This document shows positions 12,301 through 22,250 of a DNA stretch of 64,000 nt, in pieces. The translations under genes were made by a program, and so were the position numbers. Within the stretch, counting starts at the first letter, position 1; each line of letters opens with the position of its first letter. The notes below the pieces were generated by a model. It was given only the letters and a program-made list of their open reading frames with translations. It did no database searches and was not told the DNA's origin. Source of the DNA: Carpediemonas membranifera BICM (lineage: Eukaryota; Protista; Fornicata); the NCBI GenBank assembly GCA_019828565.1, contig JAHDYR010000020.1:62001-126000 (forward strand), given 5' to 3'.

Positions 12301-12490
12301 CGATCCTTGTGCCAAAGAAGTAGCATGTAATCTGGTTCTCGTTGCCGCTAATGCCAATAATCTCTTGCTGGCAGCTGACAAAGATATCCACATCATCCTC
12401 CAGCGCCTTTTCATAGAAGGCGGGGTTAATGTCCTGTGTTGCGCTTACTGCAACCAGGAAAAGCGCAAGGACTAACGCTATGAGCCGCAT
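9368..12490 (-). CDS. Type I membrane/surface protein with RCC1/BLIP-II beta-propeller repeats
   Basis: Signal peptide MRLIALVLALFLVAVSA; repeated (W/C)GDN..GQLG motifs; C-terminal hydrophobic segment. Confidence 0.85.
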   Translation of the reverse strand: MRLIALVLALFLVAVSATQDINPAFYEKALEDDVDIFVSCQQEIIGISGNENQITCYFFGTRIDLPTTNPVTTVTTTFGTSTNVGYTHIGTNVREIYIYHATFTVPDPANPVYAYYDCNWKFTFTTGSYSIAMDTLLSMTHGTVTFDANTNIVYVAGDNSAGQIDTNTGEKTYDSPSNHWSTAPFEYHTVDYVEVGDSTFVITNEGELWTLGGSKYPGRTLATTDVWLQVFAPNGNANILFDGVTVGDNHALFKAYDSITLRTYVYVAGTGLATNCTTPNKYKLTELTQFNDLDVVDIEATSRASYILLADGTLYACGDNSLGQLGDGTTVSRSQFKPVNLPAGFIPYALGQARGDNMFAINSAGKVAAWGDNSVGQLGINSDAQYQGTPTYVSGVSGSAIHVAAGKDFTLALSDDGLQVYGVGNVKYTGTDPAVVTGKYIKAFAKSTLVPPNTAAISTGYVHVVALVTGDTASVYTWGDNGSGQLAQGEGAKSTVTPTMVPALSGTATQSRPFSRVYAGQEHTIAMESTDMHDQAFYEIYPDGMVRVASLSGTVGKSILGAVEQYGATYSSVHSATVDMVDDIFWIWSDSHYPVTDEILQFTIRNEAREKSFRFAIPACVTIKPKVRSIDLSFDGAAWNVALDLTHGVINPLMSQVSMDCMGLVSHQITLNAMDVGAGSAWDLRLSAMQIIGGKTRMLYSYYSQCTLTIDGVTMYQGDIGTPLALDETLSTFSLKMESPYVHYGGQMNACIGPRDDYNRFLPMKNADLVANTQFVAVYPTTVSSEQTQELFFMGHAPTFIYDEDHERYCVAVQTNFPVSGQIQAKYKGQIIGREKFVQMRADSTKSAIIMVDQESVLTADVPVTFCANAYDIQAVRKITSAPPLAFDFFFFNQDTGNSLVLNPNLVPATGDYCVSVAFLPGQYTYSATFNGLQTLMGGGTFAVKAVPTSTGGSGSSFSGSGIEVALAVTALVLGLLIACVGLIGGAVVAAGGVLYGVVIGKGIPSSTGRSMASVVDRADEEFGLLRGVQNADYLGEDAL

Positions 12491-12736
12491 AAGACAAGGA
12501 GAAGGGATTTGACCGTGGGCGACTCCAAATGATCTGCCACCTGACGCACTCGGACTCGAGTGACGCAGCGCCTGTCGGCTCCAGAGCTGCTATAGCTTGT
12601 ACCCCGGCTGATTTTCAATTTTGTTCTCGGAGTCAATGATTGTCAACCCTTCCCAAAGCAAGTCACGCAAGGGAGAACTTCAGCCCTCGCACATCACCCA
12701 ACCCTCCATACATCTCCGCATGTTACTTTATGTATA

Positions 12737-13741
12737 TTACGCGCTGCACGCCATGGCTGCGAGCACCTTAGCAGGAATCTCTGCGTCTGCCAGACCCATG
12801 AGCGGCTCCTCGGCCTCACCCCCGTCAACCCACAGTGCAACGCCGCTGTCAGTCACGCTAAATGAATCTGTGCTGACGACCATGGTGTGGGTCCCAGCCC
12901 CGTCGTTCAGGGGGAAAGTCTGGATCGTGTTCACTCGGTGTCGGTGGCAGCGTTGTACGGCAACGTCGATGTCTTCAAGGGTGCCTCTTACGACGTGGAT
13001 GTTGCCGAGACTGTCGCCAACGTAAATGGTGCCGCCGCACACGTGCATGCAAGTCCATAGGCCACCGGTAGGGACCTCCAGTGAGAACGTGGGGACACTG
13101 AAGTTGTCCGCGAGAGAGTAAACGTCCACAGACTCGCGACACAGGGAGACTGCGGCGTTAGGCTCTGCGGCGGGCTCGCCGCCTTCTTCAACGGGGAAGT
13201 AGACGAACTGGACATCATTGTATCTCGCCCGGTCGAGCTTGACTGTGAGCGCGCTCTTCTTGTGTTCCAGATCCCACATGGTAAGCACCCGGCCGCCGTT
13301 GACGGAGAGAGCAAGCCTGCCGGATGGGTGGGCGGCGAGAGAGGGGTATATGCGACGGCTGGGGCTTTTCGTGGTCACGTGGTCGATGAGGCCGTTCTCC
13401 ACGTCCACGATAGCGATGTTACCGTCCGCTGCGGCCGCGAGGATGGAGTTACCGCGGACAGAGAGCGATGTGATCGCATCTGAGTGGAGCTCCATCGTGT
13501 CGGAGTCGTCTTTGTGCATGTTCAGCATGTGGATGGAGCCTCTATCGTCGCCGGCGATAATGCTCTTGCGCTCGGGGCAATGAGCGAGGCATTTCACCGA
13601 GCATCCGATCTCTGTGGACGCCTGGTGGTCAATGGACCATGTGCCCTCGCCGCTATCGTCCATGCCGTATTTCACGGCAAACTGATGTACCGCACCGGTT
13701 CTAGCATACGTCCCAACAGCGATGTAGCCAACTACGTTCAT
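12737..13741 (-). CDS. WD40 protein, Mak11/PAK1IP1-like (60S biogenesis)
   Basis: N-terminal VGTY; AHPSGRLALSV...LTMWDL. Confidence 0.7.
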   Translation of the reverse strand: MNVVGYIAVGTYARTGAVHQFAVKYGMDDSGEGTWSIDHQASTEIGCSVKCLAHCPERKSIIAGDDRGSIHMLNMHKDDSDTMELHSDAITSLSVRGNSILAAAADGNIAIVDVENGLIDHVTTKSPSRRIYPSLAAHPSGRLALSVNGGRVLTMWDLEHKKSALTVKLDRARYNDVQFVYFPVEEGGEPAAEPNAAVSLCRESVDVYSLADNFSVPTFSLEVPTGGLWTCMHVCGGTIYVGDSLGNIHVVRGTLEDIDVAVQRCHRHRVNTIQTFPLNDGAGTHTMVVSTDSFSVTDSGVALWVDGGEAEEPLMGLADAEIPAKVLAAMACSA

Positions 13742-14003
13742 ATCGCTTCAAAGTCGCCGAGTCACACCCACCGCACGACAGAAGTGCCCACCACCTCAAA
13801 GTAAGCTCCACCCAAGCCTGTCACATTCGCTGTCACTCAACAAACATCAAAAGGGCGCTTTTGTCTCCCCCATCAGCGCCGGATGCCAAGACGGGAACGC
13901 TCCAGCAGTTATATGTACGTATGATCTCACATAAAGGCTCTCAATCCTCGACTACAGACACGCCGACTAAAAGGTCAGTTTACTGACACTGGATCTATCC
14001 GAT

Positions 14004-14954
14004 CTAATGAACCGGCAGCAGAAGCACCGCCGACATGATTCCAAACCCGACAAGCACAAATAGGAGGTGCAGCAGCTTGCCCCAGAAGGGCGCCCCTGCC
14101 CCCTTATGGATGCTCTCAGCGAGCATCTCGACCACGCCCACATAGACGAAGGTACCAGCACTGGCAGCGGTCCCAACCATGACGATACCGTCCTTGAGCT
14201 TCCCCTCGGCGACTGTGTGGCACAGGGTCCCGAGGATGATGCCGATGGGTGTGATCCACCCGAAGCAGAGGAGTACAACGATGGCGATGATAGGGGAGGT
14301 ACCGTGGGACATGATCGAGGCTATCAGCGCCATGACCTCGAAGCTCTTGTGGGAGACGATGGCGATGAGGAAGGCCAGCGCCTGGCCGTGGTTGGACGCG
14401 AAGTCGTTGACTCCCAGGCCGAAGCCGGTGACGAACGAGTGGAAGGAGAGGGCGAGGAGGAGGAAGAGCGACGTAATCCCAAACTTGAAACCGCTCGCCT
14501 TCGATCCGACCTCGGAGGACGTGTCAAGCCCGCTATCGCTCTCGACGGCCAGCAGGGCCTGCTCCTCGTCTTCGTCGTCCGAGTGCTTCCCGTGGTCGTG
14601 TTCATGCGCGTGGCCTTCCATACGGGCGTGGGCGTTGGACAGGTGGTCTATGGTGACCATGGCAAGGCAGGTGAGCGCGGCGATCATCTCGGGAGTGGGC
14701 ATATCGTGCCACCACGAGCCCTCGGCAACAAGGCCGCTATAGTCATCAATGCAGTCAGGGAGAAGGTGGAGAAAGCCGCCGCCGATGAATACACCAGCAG
14801 CGAAGAGATTCATGTGCAGAAAGAGCTGATCGAGGGAGATGTGCTTGATCTTGAGCAAGCTGAAGGCGATGGGGACAGAACCGCCAAGAAGCGACAGAGC
14901 ATATATCAAAATACAGCAGAAAACAACCCAGATGAGGTTGATAAGAAGGTCCAT
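14004..14954 (-). CDS. ZIP (SLC39) zinc/iron transporter
   Basis: FAAGVFIGGGFLHLLPD, His-rich loop, ALSFHSFVTG, IVSHKSFE, AGTFVYV. Confidence 0.92.
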   Translation of the reverse strand: MDLLINLIWVVFCCILIYALSLLGGSVPIAFSLLKIKHISLDQLFLHMNLFAAGVFIGGGFLHLLPDCIDDYSGLVAEGSWWHDMPTPEMIAALTCLAMVTIDHLSNAHARMEGHAHEHDHGKHSDDEDEEQALLAVESDSGLDTSSEVGSKASGFKFGITSLFLLLALSFHSFVTGFGLGVNDFASNHGQALAFLIAIVSHKSFEVMALIASIMSHGTSPIIAIVVLLCFGWITPIGIILGTLCHTVAEGKLKDGIVMVGTAASAGTFVYVGVVEMLAESIHKGAGAPFWGKLLHLLFVLVGFGIMSAVLLLPVH

Positions 14955-15092
14955 TGGATTCTGCAGGGATGCGATGCCCAGAGTTTAAAAGTGCTCGATC
15001 TACCAGACGGCGACCAAGTTTGACCAGTAGTTTGACTTCGTCAAGCATAGATCTCTGTCCATGCCATGACCTAGAGTGACCACGGACACAGC

Positions 15093-15623
15093 TTACGCCT
15101 TGTCGAGCTGTACCACCTCTACCAGCGACAGGCCGCCGTACAATTGGTTCGGCACGGCTCTTGCCAACGTACTAGGGTTGGCCTTGTTCACGTCGTCGGT
15201 CACCGCGTCGGCCATTTGGATCATCGGCTTGGGGACGATGACGTGACGGCCAGGGTGCTGGGCGGCAACGCGAGCAGCTCGCTCTTTGAGGTCTGCGATG
15301 GAAACACAAGCCATTCCGCTGATGAATGGGTTGATATCTGGGTTTGCACGAGATCTCATGGCTCTCGAGATGTACTTGATCGTCGTCTTGTGGGTCTGAA
15401 GCATGTGGGTCTTCAAAGCCGAAACTGATGCAAAAGTCTTGTGGCAGGATCTTGATTGGCAACGGAAATGCACAGCGCGTTGATGGAATTGCAGCGTGCG
15501 CTCGTCAACGAACTCACGGTCACAATACCAGCAGAACGGCTTCAAAAGAAGCTTTTTCTTCTTGTGATTCGACTTCTCGGTCATTTTGCCTTTCGATTTG
15601 GCATTGAGCTCTCTTGTCGACAT
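15093..15623 (-). CDS. ZNF207/BuGZ-like C2H2 zinc finger protein
   Basis: KKKK..KPFCWYCDREFVDERTLQFHQRAVHFRC...CHK. Confidence 0.85.
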   Translation of the reverse strand: MSTRELNAKSKGKMTEKSNHKKKKLLLKPFCWYCDREFVDERTLQFHQRAVHFRCQSRSCHKTFASVSALKTHMLQTHKTTIKYISRAMRSRANPDINPFISGMACVSIADLKERAARVAAQHPGRHVIVPKPMIQMADAVTDDVNKANPSTLARAVPNQLYGGLSLVEVVQLDKA

Positions 15624-15626
15624 TTG

Positions 15627-15988
15627 TGTTGCGCAGTATAAACGCGCGGTTTTGCTGATGTTTACGTGAGCGTATATAAAAAAAAAGCGGAGTCAGCGTG
15701 GAGGCGCTTCGGCGCCCCGCAATGGGTGAATAATTGTATGTACATGTTTACATACAATCGAGTAAATTCATAAATTGAGTGTAAACACATTGTTTTTCGA
15801 ACCTCCAAGACAGGCCCTGAAAGGAACGATCAAAGTGCCAAACTGTACAACATAATCCGTCCGTAGACGAATGTTGGCGGTTAGCCAATTGATGATACTG
15901 GAATGAAGTTGGAAGACGTGGGATCAATGTGCGACTGAATGGAGAGCCACTGAGCTCATCTTCCGTGGCAAGAGAACGCCACAGGATG
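15627..15988 (-). mobile_element. Fanzor element family A, 3'-end fragment (last codons, candidate omegaRNA scaffold, terminus)
   Basis: 15782-15988 is near-identical to 63556-63756; both share the TGTTGCGCAGTATAAAC terminus. Confidence 0.8.
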
Positions 15989-16297
15989 CCGCGAGCCCCC
16001 GAGACCCGTATCGGGCTGCGGGAAATCCCCTACCTGGGGTGCTTAGTGAGTGGCACCGGTGTCCGCATTGACCCAGACCGCCTGAACTCACTCGACCCGC
16101 TGATAGTCCCCAAGACCGTGGAGGCTGCACACCATCTGGTCCGTGTGTTTGGATTCATCCGACGCGTCCGCTTGTTCGACCCCCTTGAGAGGAAGAAGAA
16201 CGGTGAAGACGTGCCTGAGGCTGAGCTGGCTGGCGCTCTGGACGCGCTGAGGCCCAGAAAGCAGGGCCCAAGTAAATTAGCTCATATAAACGCCTGA
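15987..16297 (+). pseudogene. Ty3/Gypsy-type reverse transcriptase C-terminal relic
   Basis: IGLREIPYLGCLVSGTGVRIDPDRLNSL....PKT...FGFIRR resembles the Gypsy F...EV.YLG..IS..G...DP.K..AI....P.T...YYRR motif. Confidence 0.7.
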
Positions 16298-16367
16298 GAG
16301 TAAATACCTCTTCAATGAAACAGGCTGAGATTTATCATTCGACGTGCATATTCGACAGGCTGCGTCG

Positions 16368-17750
16368 TCATTCAACGCGTGCTTCGAGACGCTTGATCTT
16401 GGCATTCAGCGTCTCATTCAAACGTCGGGCCGTCCGCAGCTCGCTCTCCATCGCCCCGGCACGTGTATTTGGCTCACGTTCCGCCTCCAGCTGCTGTATC
16501 CTCTCCCGGAGCTCGGCAACGAGCGTCTCCTTCTGTTGCAGGGTCTGCTCGAGCTCGGCGACTCTTTCCCGGGCAGCAGCAGACTCAGCTCGCGCTGTGT
16601 CAAGGGCTGCGGTCTGAGAGCCGAGCTCTCGCTGGATCTCGGCCAGTGACCGGTCTAGCCTCTTGTTCGTGGCGTCCAGATCCATCACTGTCGCCGCAGC
16701 GTTGTCGCGCTCACGTTGGATGGCTGCCAGTCGGGCCGGGCTGACCGACCTGTCCTCCGTGTTGGACGGGGACACGCGGGGCGATGCAAGGAAGGACAGC
16801 TGCGTATACGAGGCACTGACTCCGTGCAGTTTTGACCCGAGCTCGGTCATGCGACTCGCCGCGGCCTCTCGCACGGCGAGGAGCTCGTGTCTCACCCGCA
16901 CCAAATCCTGGCCCCGCTCTGTGCTCTCCGCCTGTAGCCGGGCGATGTCTGCTGCATGTAGCTTGTGCAGCTCGGCCATCTTTTCCCTGTCCTCGCGGTG
17001 CTGGTTCTTGTGGCGCTCGATGTCTGCCCGGAGTTGCTCGATTGTGCCCTCCACCTGTTTCACTGGAGTGTTCCGGCAAAATTTCTCAGCTTCAACGACT
17101 TGCTGCGTTAAAAGCTGCTTCTCGTGCTCGAAGAGACGCTCCATTGACTCGATTTTGTCGCAGTCCTCACGATGCTGTGCCTTGTGCTGCTCGATTTCTG
17201 ACCTGAGATGCTCAATCGTCTCCTCTGCCTGCTGGGTTGTCGCGTTCCGGCAGAAGGTTTCGGCTTCCTCGATCTGCTGCGTCAGAAGCTGCTTCTCTTG
17301 TTCGAAGAGACGCTCCATTGACTCGATTTTGTCGCAGTCCTCACGATGCTGTGCCTTGTGCTGCTCGATTTCTGACCTGAGATGCTCAATCGTCTCCTCT
17401 GCCTGCTGGGTTGTCGCGTTCCGGCAGAAGGTTTCGGCTTCCTCGATCTGCTGCGTCAGAAGCTGCTTCTCTTGTTCGAAGAGACGCTCCATTGACTTCA
17501 TTTTGTCGCAGTCCTCGTGGTGTTGCGCCTTGTGCTGTTCAATCTCCGTTTTGAGCTGCTCTAAAACACCTTCATCCTGTTTGACTGGTGTGATTCGGCC
17601 GAAATTCTCTGCTTCCACAACCTGCTGTGATAGGAGCTCTCTTTCCCGCTCGAACAGACGTTCCATGGTTTCAATCTTCTCCTCCAACTCAGCAATGTAG
17701 AGAGCAGAAGATTTCGCGTCCGTTTCGTCCATTTGGGAATATCTTGACAT
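16368..17750 (-). CDS. Coiled-coil protein with four 58-aa internal repeats
   Basis: 174-bp tandem units (MERLFEQEKQLLTQQ...); heptad-rich. Confidence 0.8.
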   Translation of the reverse strand: MSRYSQMDETDAKSSALYIAELEEKIETMERLFERERELLSQQVVEAENFGRITPVKQDEGVLEQLKTEIEQHKAQHHEDCDKMKSMERLFEQEKQLLTQQIEEAETFCRNATTQQAEETIEHLRSEIEQHKAQHREDCDKIESMERLFEQEKQLLTQQIEEAETFCRNATTQQAEETIEHLRSEIEQHKAQHREDCDKIESMERLFEHEKQLLTQQVVEAEKFCRNTPVKQVEGTIEQLRADIERHKNQHREDREKMAELHKLHAADIARLQAESTERGQDLVRVRHELLAVREAAASRMTELGSKLHGVSASYTQLSFLASPRVSPSNTEDRSVSPARLAAIQRERDNAAATVMDLDATNKRLDRSLAEIQRELGSQTAALDTARAESAAARERVAELEQTLQQKETLVAELRERIQQLEAEREPNTRAGAMESELRTARRLNETLNAKIKRLEARVE

Positions 17751-18851
17751 AAACTGCACGATACGACAAGGCCGCGGATACGGAGCATCTGCGGTCCATG
17801 GTGCTGTGTGTGAGTGCTACTGGGCTACCGGCGATCACCGCGAATTCCTACCCTCGGACTCGAGCCGAGTTTGGAAGTCGAGTCATCAGTCACAAAACCA
17901 ACAATGTCGCAGTCAAGCCCGTGCACCAGCTGAACAGCACACTTGTCATCGACGCCATGTTTACCGCCAGTCTACTACACACGGTGACTCCGCTACAAGT
18001 CAGTGCTTTCAGAGCTGTCTAGGAAGCTGAGACACGACCCGAAGAGTGGGAACCCACAGAGCAGCCATGCCACGATCAGGATAACCACCAGCACCACAGC
18101 GATGAGCATCAGCGTCAGCTTCATGTTCTTCCGCCAAAAGTGGATTCGGAGATCATTTGTCCCAGCCTTGAAGGAGGCCGCGTCGCTCTTCAGCGCTGAA
18201 GCTTGCTCAACGAGAATGTCGAGCTTCTCTTGCCGCGCGAGGAGCTTGTTGATGTTCTCCACCATCACAGACTTGACTTCGTCCACCTGGAGTTGCATGC
18301 GGTTGATCTGGTCGGCGTTGACGTTGTTGGAGAAGTACTCCATCTGGGCTGCGAGCGTGCCGCTGAAGTCCTGGTTGAATGCGTACTGGCCGGCCGTGTG
18401 GACTCTGTTCCCGTATTCGTTGGAGAAACGCTTTTGGATGTCTGAGAGGAAAGCAAAGGGAATCCTGCGCACAGCGCTCTGATCTGTGAGGCACATGTAG
18501 CAAATTCCATCGACTATGCTGTAATGGAACATGTGTGCGGGATCGTACAGAAGGGAGCGACGATCGTCGTCGCTGGACAGCTTCTCAAGAATGCTGCGAG
18601 CAACGACGGTAAAATTGCCCTGAACTAACGAGTGTTCGGCTAGAATGGTGGAGTTTCTCGCAATGCACGCGTAGAGGACCTGCTGTTCCATCTGCTGCTT
18701 GCTGCTTCGTGATGATTATTAAAGTGCACTGAAGCTCTGTCGAGTCCAAATGTGAATGGTTCCCGGCCCTTTCAGGCTCTCAGGCCTTCGCCAGCGCCCT
18801 CTCCGCCCAGCCCCGACTTCTTCTTGCGTCTGATGCTGTTCTTCACCTCCC
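17726..18851. repeat. ~1.12-kb segmental duplication, copy 1 (copy 2 at 23687-24812)
   Basis: Near-identical; one coding SNP seen (S14/F14 in VAMP7). Confidence 0.95.
17993..18691 (-). CDS. VAMP7: VAMP7-type longin R-SNARE, copy 1
   Basis: Longin domain (ILAEH, RRIPFAFL), SNARE coil VK.VM.ENI.K.L.R.EKL, C-terminal TM. Confidence 0.92.
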   Translation of the reverse strand: MEQQVLYACIARNSTILAEHSLVQGNFTVVARSILEKLSSDDDRRSLLYDPAHMFHYSIVDGICYMCLTDQSAVRRIPFAFLSDIQKRFSNEYGNRVHTAGQYAFNQDFSGTLAAQMEYFSNNVNADQINRMQLQVDEVKSVMVENINKLLARQEKLDILVEQASALKSDAASFKAGTNDLRIHFWRKNMKLTLMLIAVVLVVILIVAWLLCGFPLFGSCLSFLDSSESTDL

Positions 18852-18926
18852 GGTCACTATCATGCACTCAGCGCTGCAAGCAATGTATCCACAAGAAATG
18901 GAAAGTTTAAAATCCGGCGTCGGTTG

Positions 18927-21900
18927 TTACTGAGGGAGGTCCTTCTTGCTCTTGACATCGCTGGGCCACGCCATCGGTGCGATGAGGGTGATGACAGCCG
19001 GGGAGAAGGCGAGGCCGTGGATGATACCAGACAGGATGATGACAATGAGCAGCGTGCCGATGGACTGGATGCTCTTCAAGTCACTGAAGAGCAGCATGCT
19101 GATGCCGAGGAAGGTCGACAGGGCGCCCTGGGCGATCGGCTGGCCCATGACGGACAGGGCGAACTCTGCTCTGCGGCCCCGGGACGGGTTATCGACGGGG
19201 TTGGCCTCGTTGTAGCCGAAGACGATGTGGGCAACGTAGTCAGCGCTGAACCCGATGCCGATGACGAGTACTACCACGGCGATCGTGTTGAGCTTGAGGT
19301 CGAGGAAGTACATCACGGTAATCACGGCGCAGTCAATGGAGAAGACGGTAAGAACGACGATGAAGCTCATCCAGGGCGACTTGAGGAAGATGGTGAACAC
19401 TACAAAGCAGGCGAGCATGGCGAGGGAGATGTTGCTGATGATGTCCTGCATCTGGCGGGCATCGAGCTCGTCGTACATGAACTTTGAGTCGTAGACCCAG
19501 GCCGAGATGCCGTACTGCTCGCTGATTGATTCAAAGTCGTCTCTTGTCTGCTCCATGTAGTCGACCTTGGCGGCAGACGTGTTGTACGAAATATGGTCGA
19601 CCTTGGTCTTCACCGCATTGACGACAAACGTGCTGATAAACCCAGAGGGGTCTGTCACGGCGTTGGAGATGTCTGGGGTCGTGGCGAAGTCCGCAGAGTA
19701 TTGCTGAGACACTGACCCGACGAACACGACGAGGGACTCCCGCAGGTATGCGTCATTGGAGGGCAGGCCGTCGAGGTCGAGGACAGGAGCGTATGCCGAG
19801 GTCGGGAGCCATGCCTCGTAGGGCTTGACGAACCCGGCCCTGGAGGAGCCCATGTACCAGCGCCACTCGGTCTGCATGCCGTCCAGCATGGCCCTGTACT
19901 GCTTGTAGCCAGAGAGCGTGAGCATGTCGTGCTCGCTGCTGTCGAACTCGGTGACGATCTCGACTGTCGAGCTGGCAAAGAACTCGTCCCTTGCGTTGAT
20001 GTAATCCATCGCGCTCGATGAGGTGGCAATGACATCCTCAGGGGCAATGCCCGTCTCGAGGTCGTTGATGTGGTATAGTCCGAAGGCACCAAAGCAAGCA
20101 AAGACGACGATAATGACGGGGGCGACGTAGATGTTGGTCACGATCTTGGCGAGCACCTGGCCGACGAGGAACTGCAGCCTGAAGACCTTCAGGTACTTGG
20201 CCCAGCGCCAGAAGTTGAAGATGTCCTGGACGAATGGCCGGTCGAACACGTCGATGCCCATGATCGTGCGGGGGGCGGGGGAGGTCACGATCTCGAGCTC
20301 ATGGGACACGGGTGTGGCTGGGGCAGTCGGGGCCTCCTCCTCGGCGGTGAGGAACTCCTCGCTGTCGTAGTCCTCCGTCAGGGCAGTCTCAACGTCCTGC
20401 AGCTCGGCGTTCATGTCGACGTGCTCGACACTGATTGCAGCCTCAGACTCAGACGCGCCCTCCTCCACGGCGGGGGACAGCACCTGGGGGTACGAGGGCG
20501 GTGTGGGGGCCCGGCTGGCAGCCCGGGAGAGCATGGGTGAGGCGAGGGCGCGGAGCTGCTGGCGACGCTTCTGGACACGCGCGAACATTCGCTGGATAAT
20601 GGCGTCGATCTGCTCATATCTCAGGAAGAAAATCTCAACACGGCCGGAAGCCTGGCGGAGATTGTCAAGGTAAAGGAAGAATGAGAATATGAATGTCTGG
20701 AAGCAGTAAACAGAGACGATGGAGCAGGCGGCCATGATGCAGAACGACCGGATGGCGTTGAGCTTGGAGGTTGCTCCCACCATGAATGAGAGCGTGTCGG
20801 TAATGGTGGTCATGGTGATGGAGGGGCCGGTGCCGCGGTACGAGTGCTTCGTGATAGACCTGACGTCGTCCTTGGTGATCATCTCAGGGTAGCGGGACCG
20901 CTCACGGTCGTATTCAGAGCACGCGATAAACGTGTTGTCAATACCGACACCGAGCACGACGAACGGGATGGCGAAGAAGATGGCACTGATTGTCGACCCG
21001 AAGATGAGAGACCCGCCGAGACCGGTTGCCAGGGCGAGACCAATGCCGCTGAGCCCGATGACCGTGAGAGTCAGTCTGGACTTGATCGGGGTGCACTCGC
21101 CCAGGGAGATGAGGGTGAAGACAAACATCATCGTGAGGGAGGCGGCGACCATGGCAATGGTGCTGGGCAGGTCGGGGTTGGCGCCGTCACTGACAGAGCG
21201 GGTGGCGTAGAAGTGGATGTCGATGAAGTCGGTGGAGTAGTCCTCGGCGTAGTCCACGTACTTCTTTTCGAACGACTCGGCTGACTCCGACGATCTCTTG
21301 AGAAGGAACATCATCGAGAGGGCGCCAATGGAGGAGTACTCGCCCGAGGAGGGGTCCGTGGTCACGGTGCCGCCGATGTACGTCTCGAGGAAGGGTGCGG
21401 CGTCCACGAGGGTCTTGACAGTGCCACCGAGGTCAGTGTCGCCTTCAATGGCCGTGTCGTTGGCCCAGGCGGCCGTGATGGTGTACTGGAGGCACTGGGA
21501 TGTAGAGGGGTTCTCATAGCAGATGTCGGTGTAGAGGTCATCGTCGACGGAGAGCTGCGTGATGCCTTGCTCAAAGGCACGGATCTCCTTGAGGATGTCC
21601 GCGTCAAGCATGTTGTTCTTGTCGCCCTTGGGGGCATAGATGGCCATCACGTAGCGGGGAGTGTCGCCGAAGATGTCCTTGTAGCTGTCCCGTTCAGCGA
21701 TGGCGGTGGAGCCCTCGACGGCCCACTGCTCATCGATGTTGGACGAGAAGTTCCACGTTAGGATGGAGCTGAAGCTGATAACAAGCATCACCGCAATCAC
21801 AGCAGGAACAGAAACGAAGAAAAAGCGCATGTTGACCGAGATCACAAGCACGAAGAACTGTCCTACAAGCCACACGGCAAAAGTACCGATGAGCTGGAAG

Positions 21901-21995
21901 GGGAGCATCAACGTTCTCGTGAGCTTGGTCCCCACATATAATATGCGGTCAATTGTGTCCAAACCCTTCTCAATATCGAAGGGAACCTTCACCAT
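18927..21995 (-). CDS. Patched/NPC1-family sterol-sensing-domain RND transporter
   Basis: PFVVLGVGIDNTF, GPSITMTTITD..SF.VG, IGIGFSADYVAH, HGL.F.P. Confidence 0.9.
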   Translation of the reverse strand: MVKVPFDIEKGLDTIDRILYVGTKLTRTLMLPFQLIGTFAVWLVGQFFVLVISVNMRFFFVSVPAVIAVMLVISFSSILTWNFSSNIDEQWAVEGSTAIAERDSYKDIFGDTPRYVMAIYAPKGDKNNMLDADILKEIRAFEQGITQLSVDDDLYTDICYENPSTSQCLQYTITAAWANDTAIEGDTDLGGTVKTLVDAAPFLETYIGGTVTTDPSSGEYSSIGALSMMFLLKRSSESAESFEKKYVDYAEDYSTDFIDIHFYATRSVSDGANPDLPSTIAMVAASLTMMFVFTLISLGECTPIKSRLTLTVIGLSGIGLALATGLGGSLIFGSTISAIFFAIPFVVLGVGIDNTFIACSEYDRERSRYPEMITKDDVRSITKHSYRGTGPSITMTTITDTLSFMVGATSKLNAIRSFCIMAACSIVSVYCFQTFIFSFFLYLDNLRQASGRVEIFFLRYEQIDAIIQRMFARVQKRRQQLRALASPMLSRAASRAPTPPSYPQVLSPAVEEGASESEAAISVEHVDMNAELQDVETALTEDYDSEEFLTAEEEAPTAPATPVSHELEIVTSPAPRTIMGIDVFDRPFVQDIFNFWRWAKYLKVFRLQFLVGQVLAKIVTNIYVAPVIIVVFACFGAFGLYHINDLETGIAPEDVIATSSSAMDYINARDEFFASSTVEIVTEFDSSEHDMLTLSGYKQYRAMLDGMQTEWRWYMGSSRAGFVKPYEAWLPTSAYAPVLDLDGLPSNDAYLRESLVVFVGSVSQQYSADFATTPDISNAVTDPSGFISTFVVNAVKTKVDHISYNTSAAKVDYMEQTRDDFESISEQYGISAWVYDSKFMYDELDARQMQDIISNISLAMLACFVVFTIFLKSPWMSFIVVLTVFSIDCAVITVMYFLDLKLNTIAVVVLVIGIGFSADYVAHIVFGYNEANPVDNPSRGRRAEFALSVMGQPIAQGALSTFLGISMLLFSDLKSIQSIGTLLIVIILSGIIHGLAFSPAVITLIAPMAWPSDVKSKKDLPQ

Positions 21996-22250
21996 GCAGG
22001 TATTGGCGTCACAATCTTTTTTCTTGCATCGAAAAAAGTGAGATGCTGAGATCGAGTGCAATCAACAACCAGTAGCAATCAAACACTCCTTTAAAAAGTG
22101 ATGCCAGGCTCGCTTGGGGTTGTCGCGGGCTGGATAGCCATGGAATTAAAGTTGAGTTGATAAAAACATTGCGCGGCTAGTTGCAGTGCCGACATCAGCT
22201 CGGACCATGTGACAGTGAGTTTGGCCGTAAAATGTCCCGACTAATAACAA

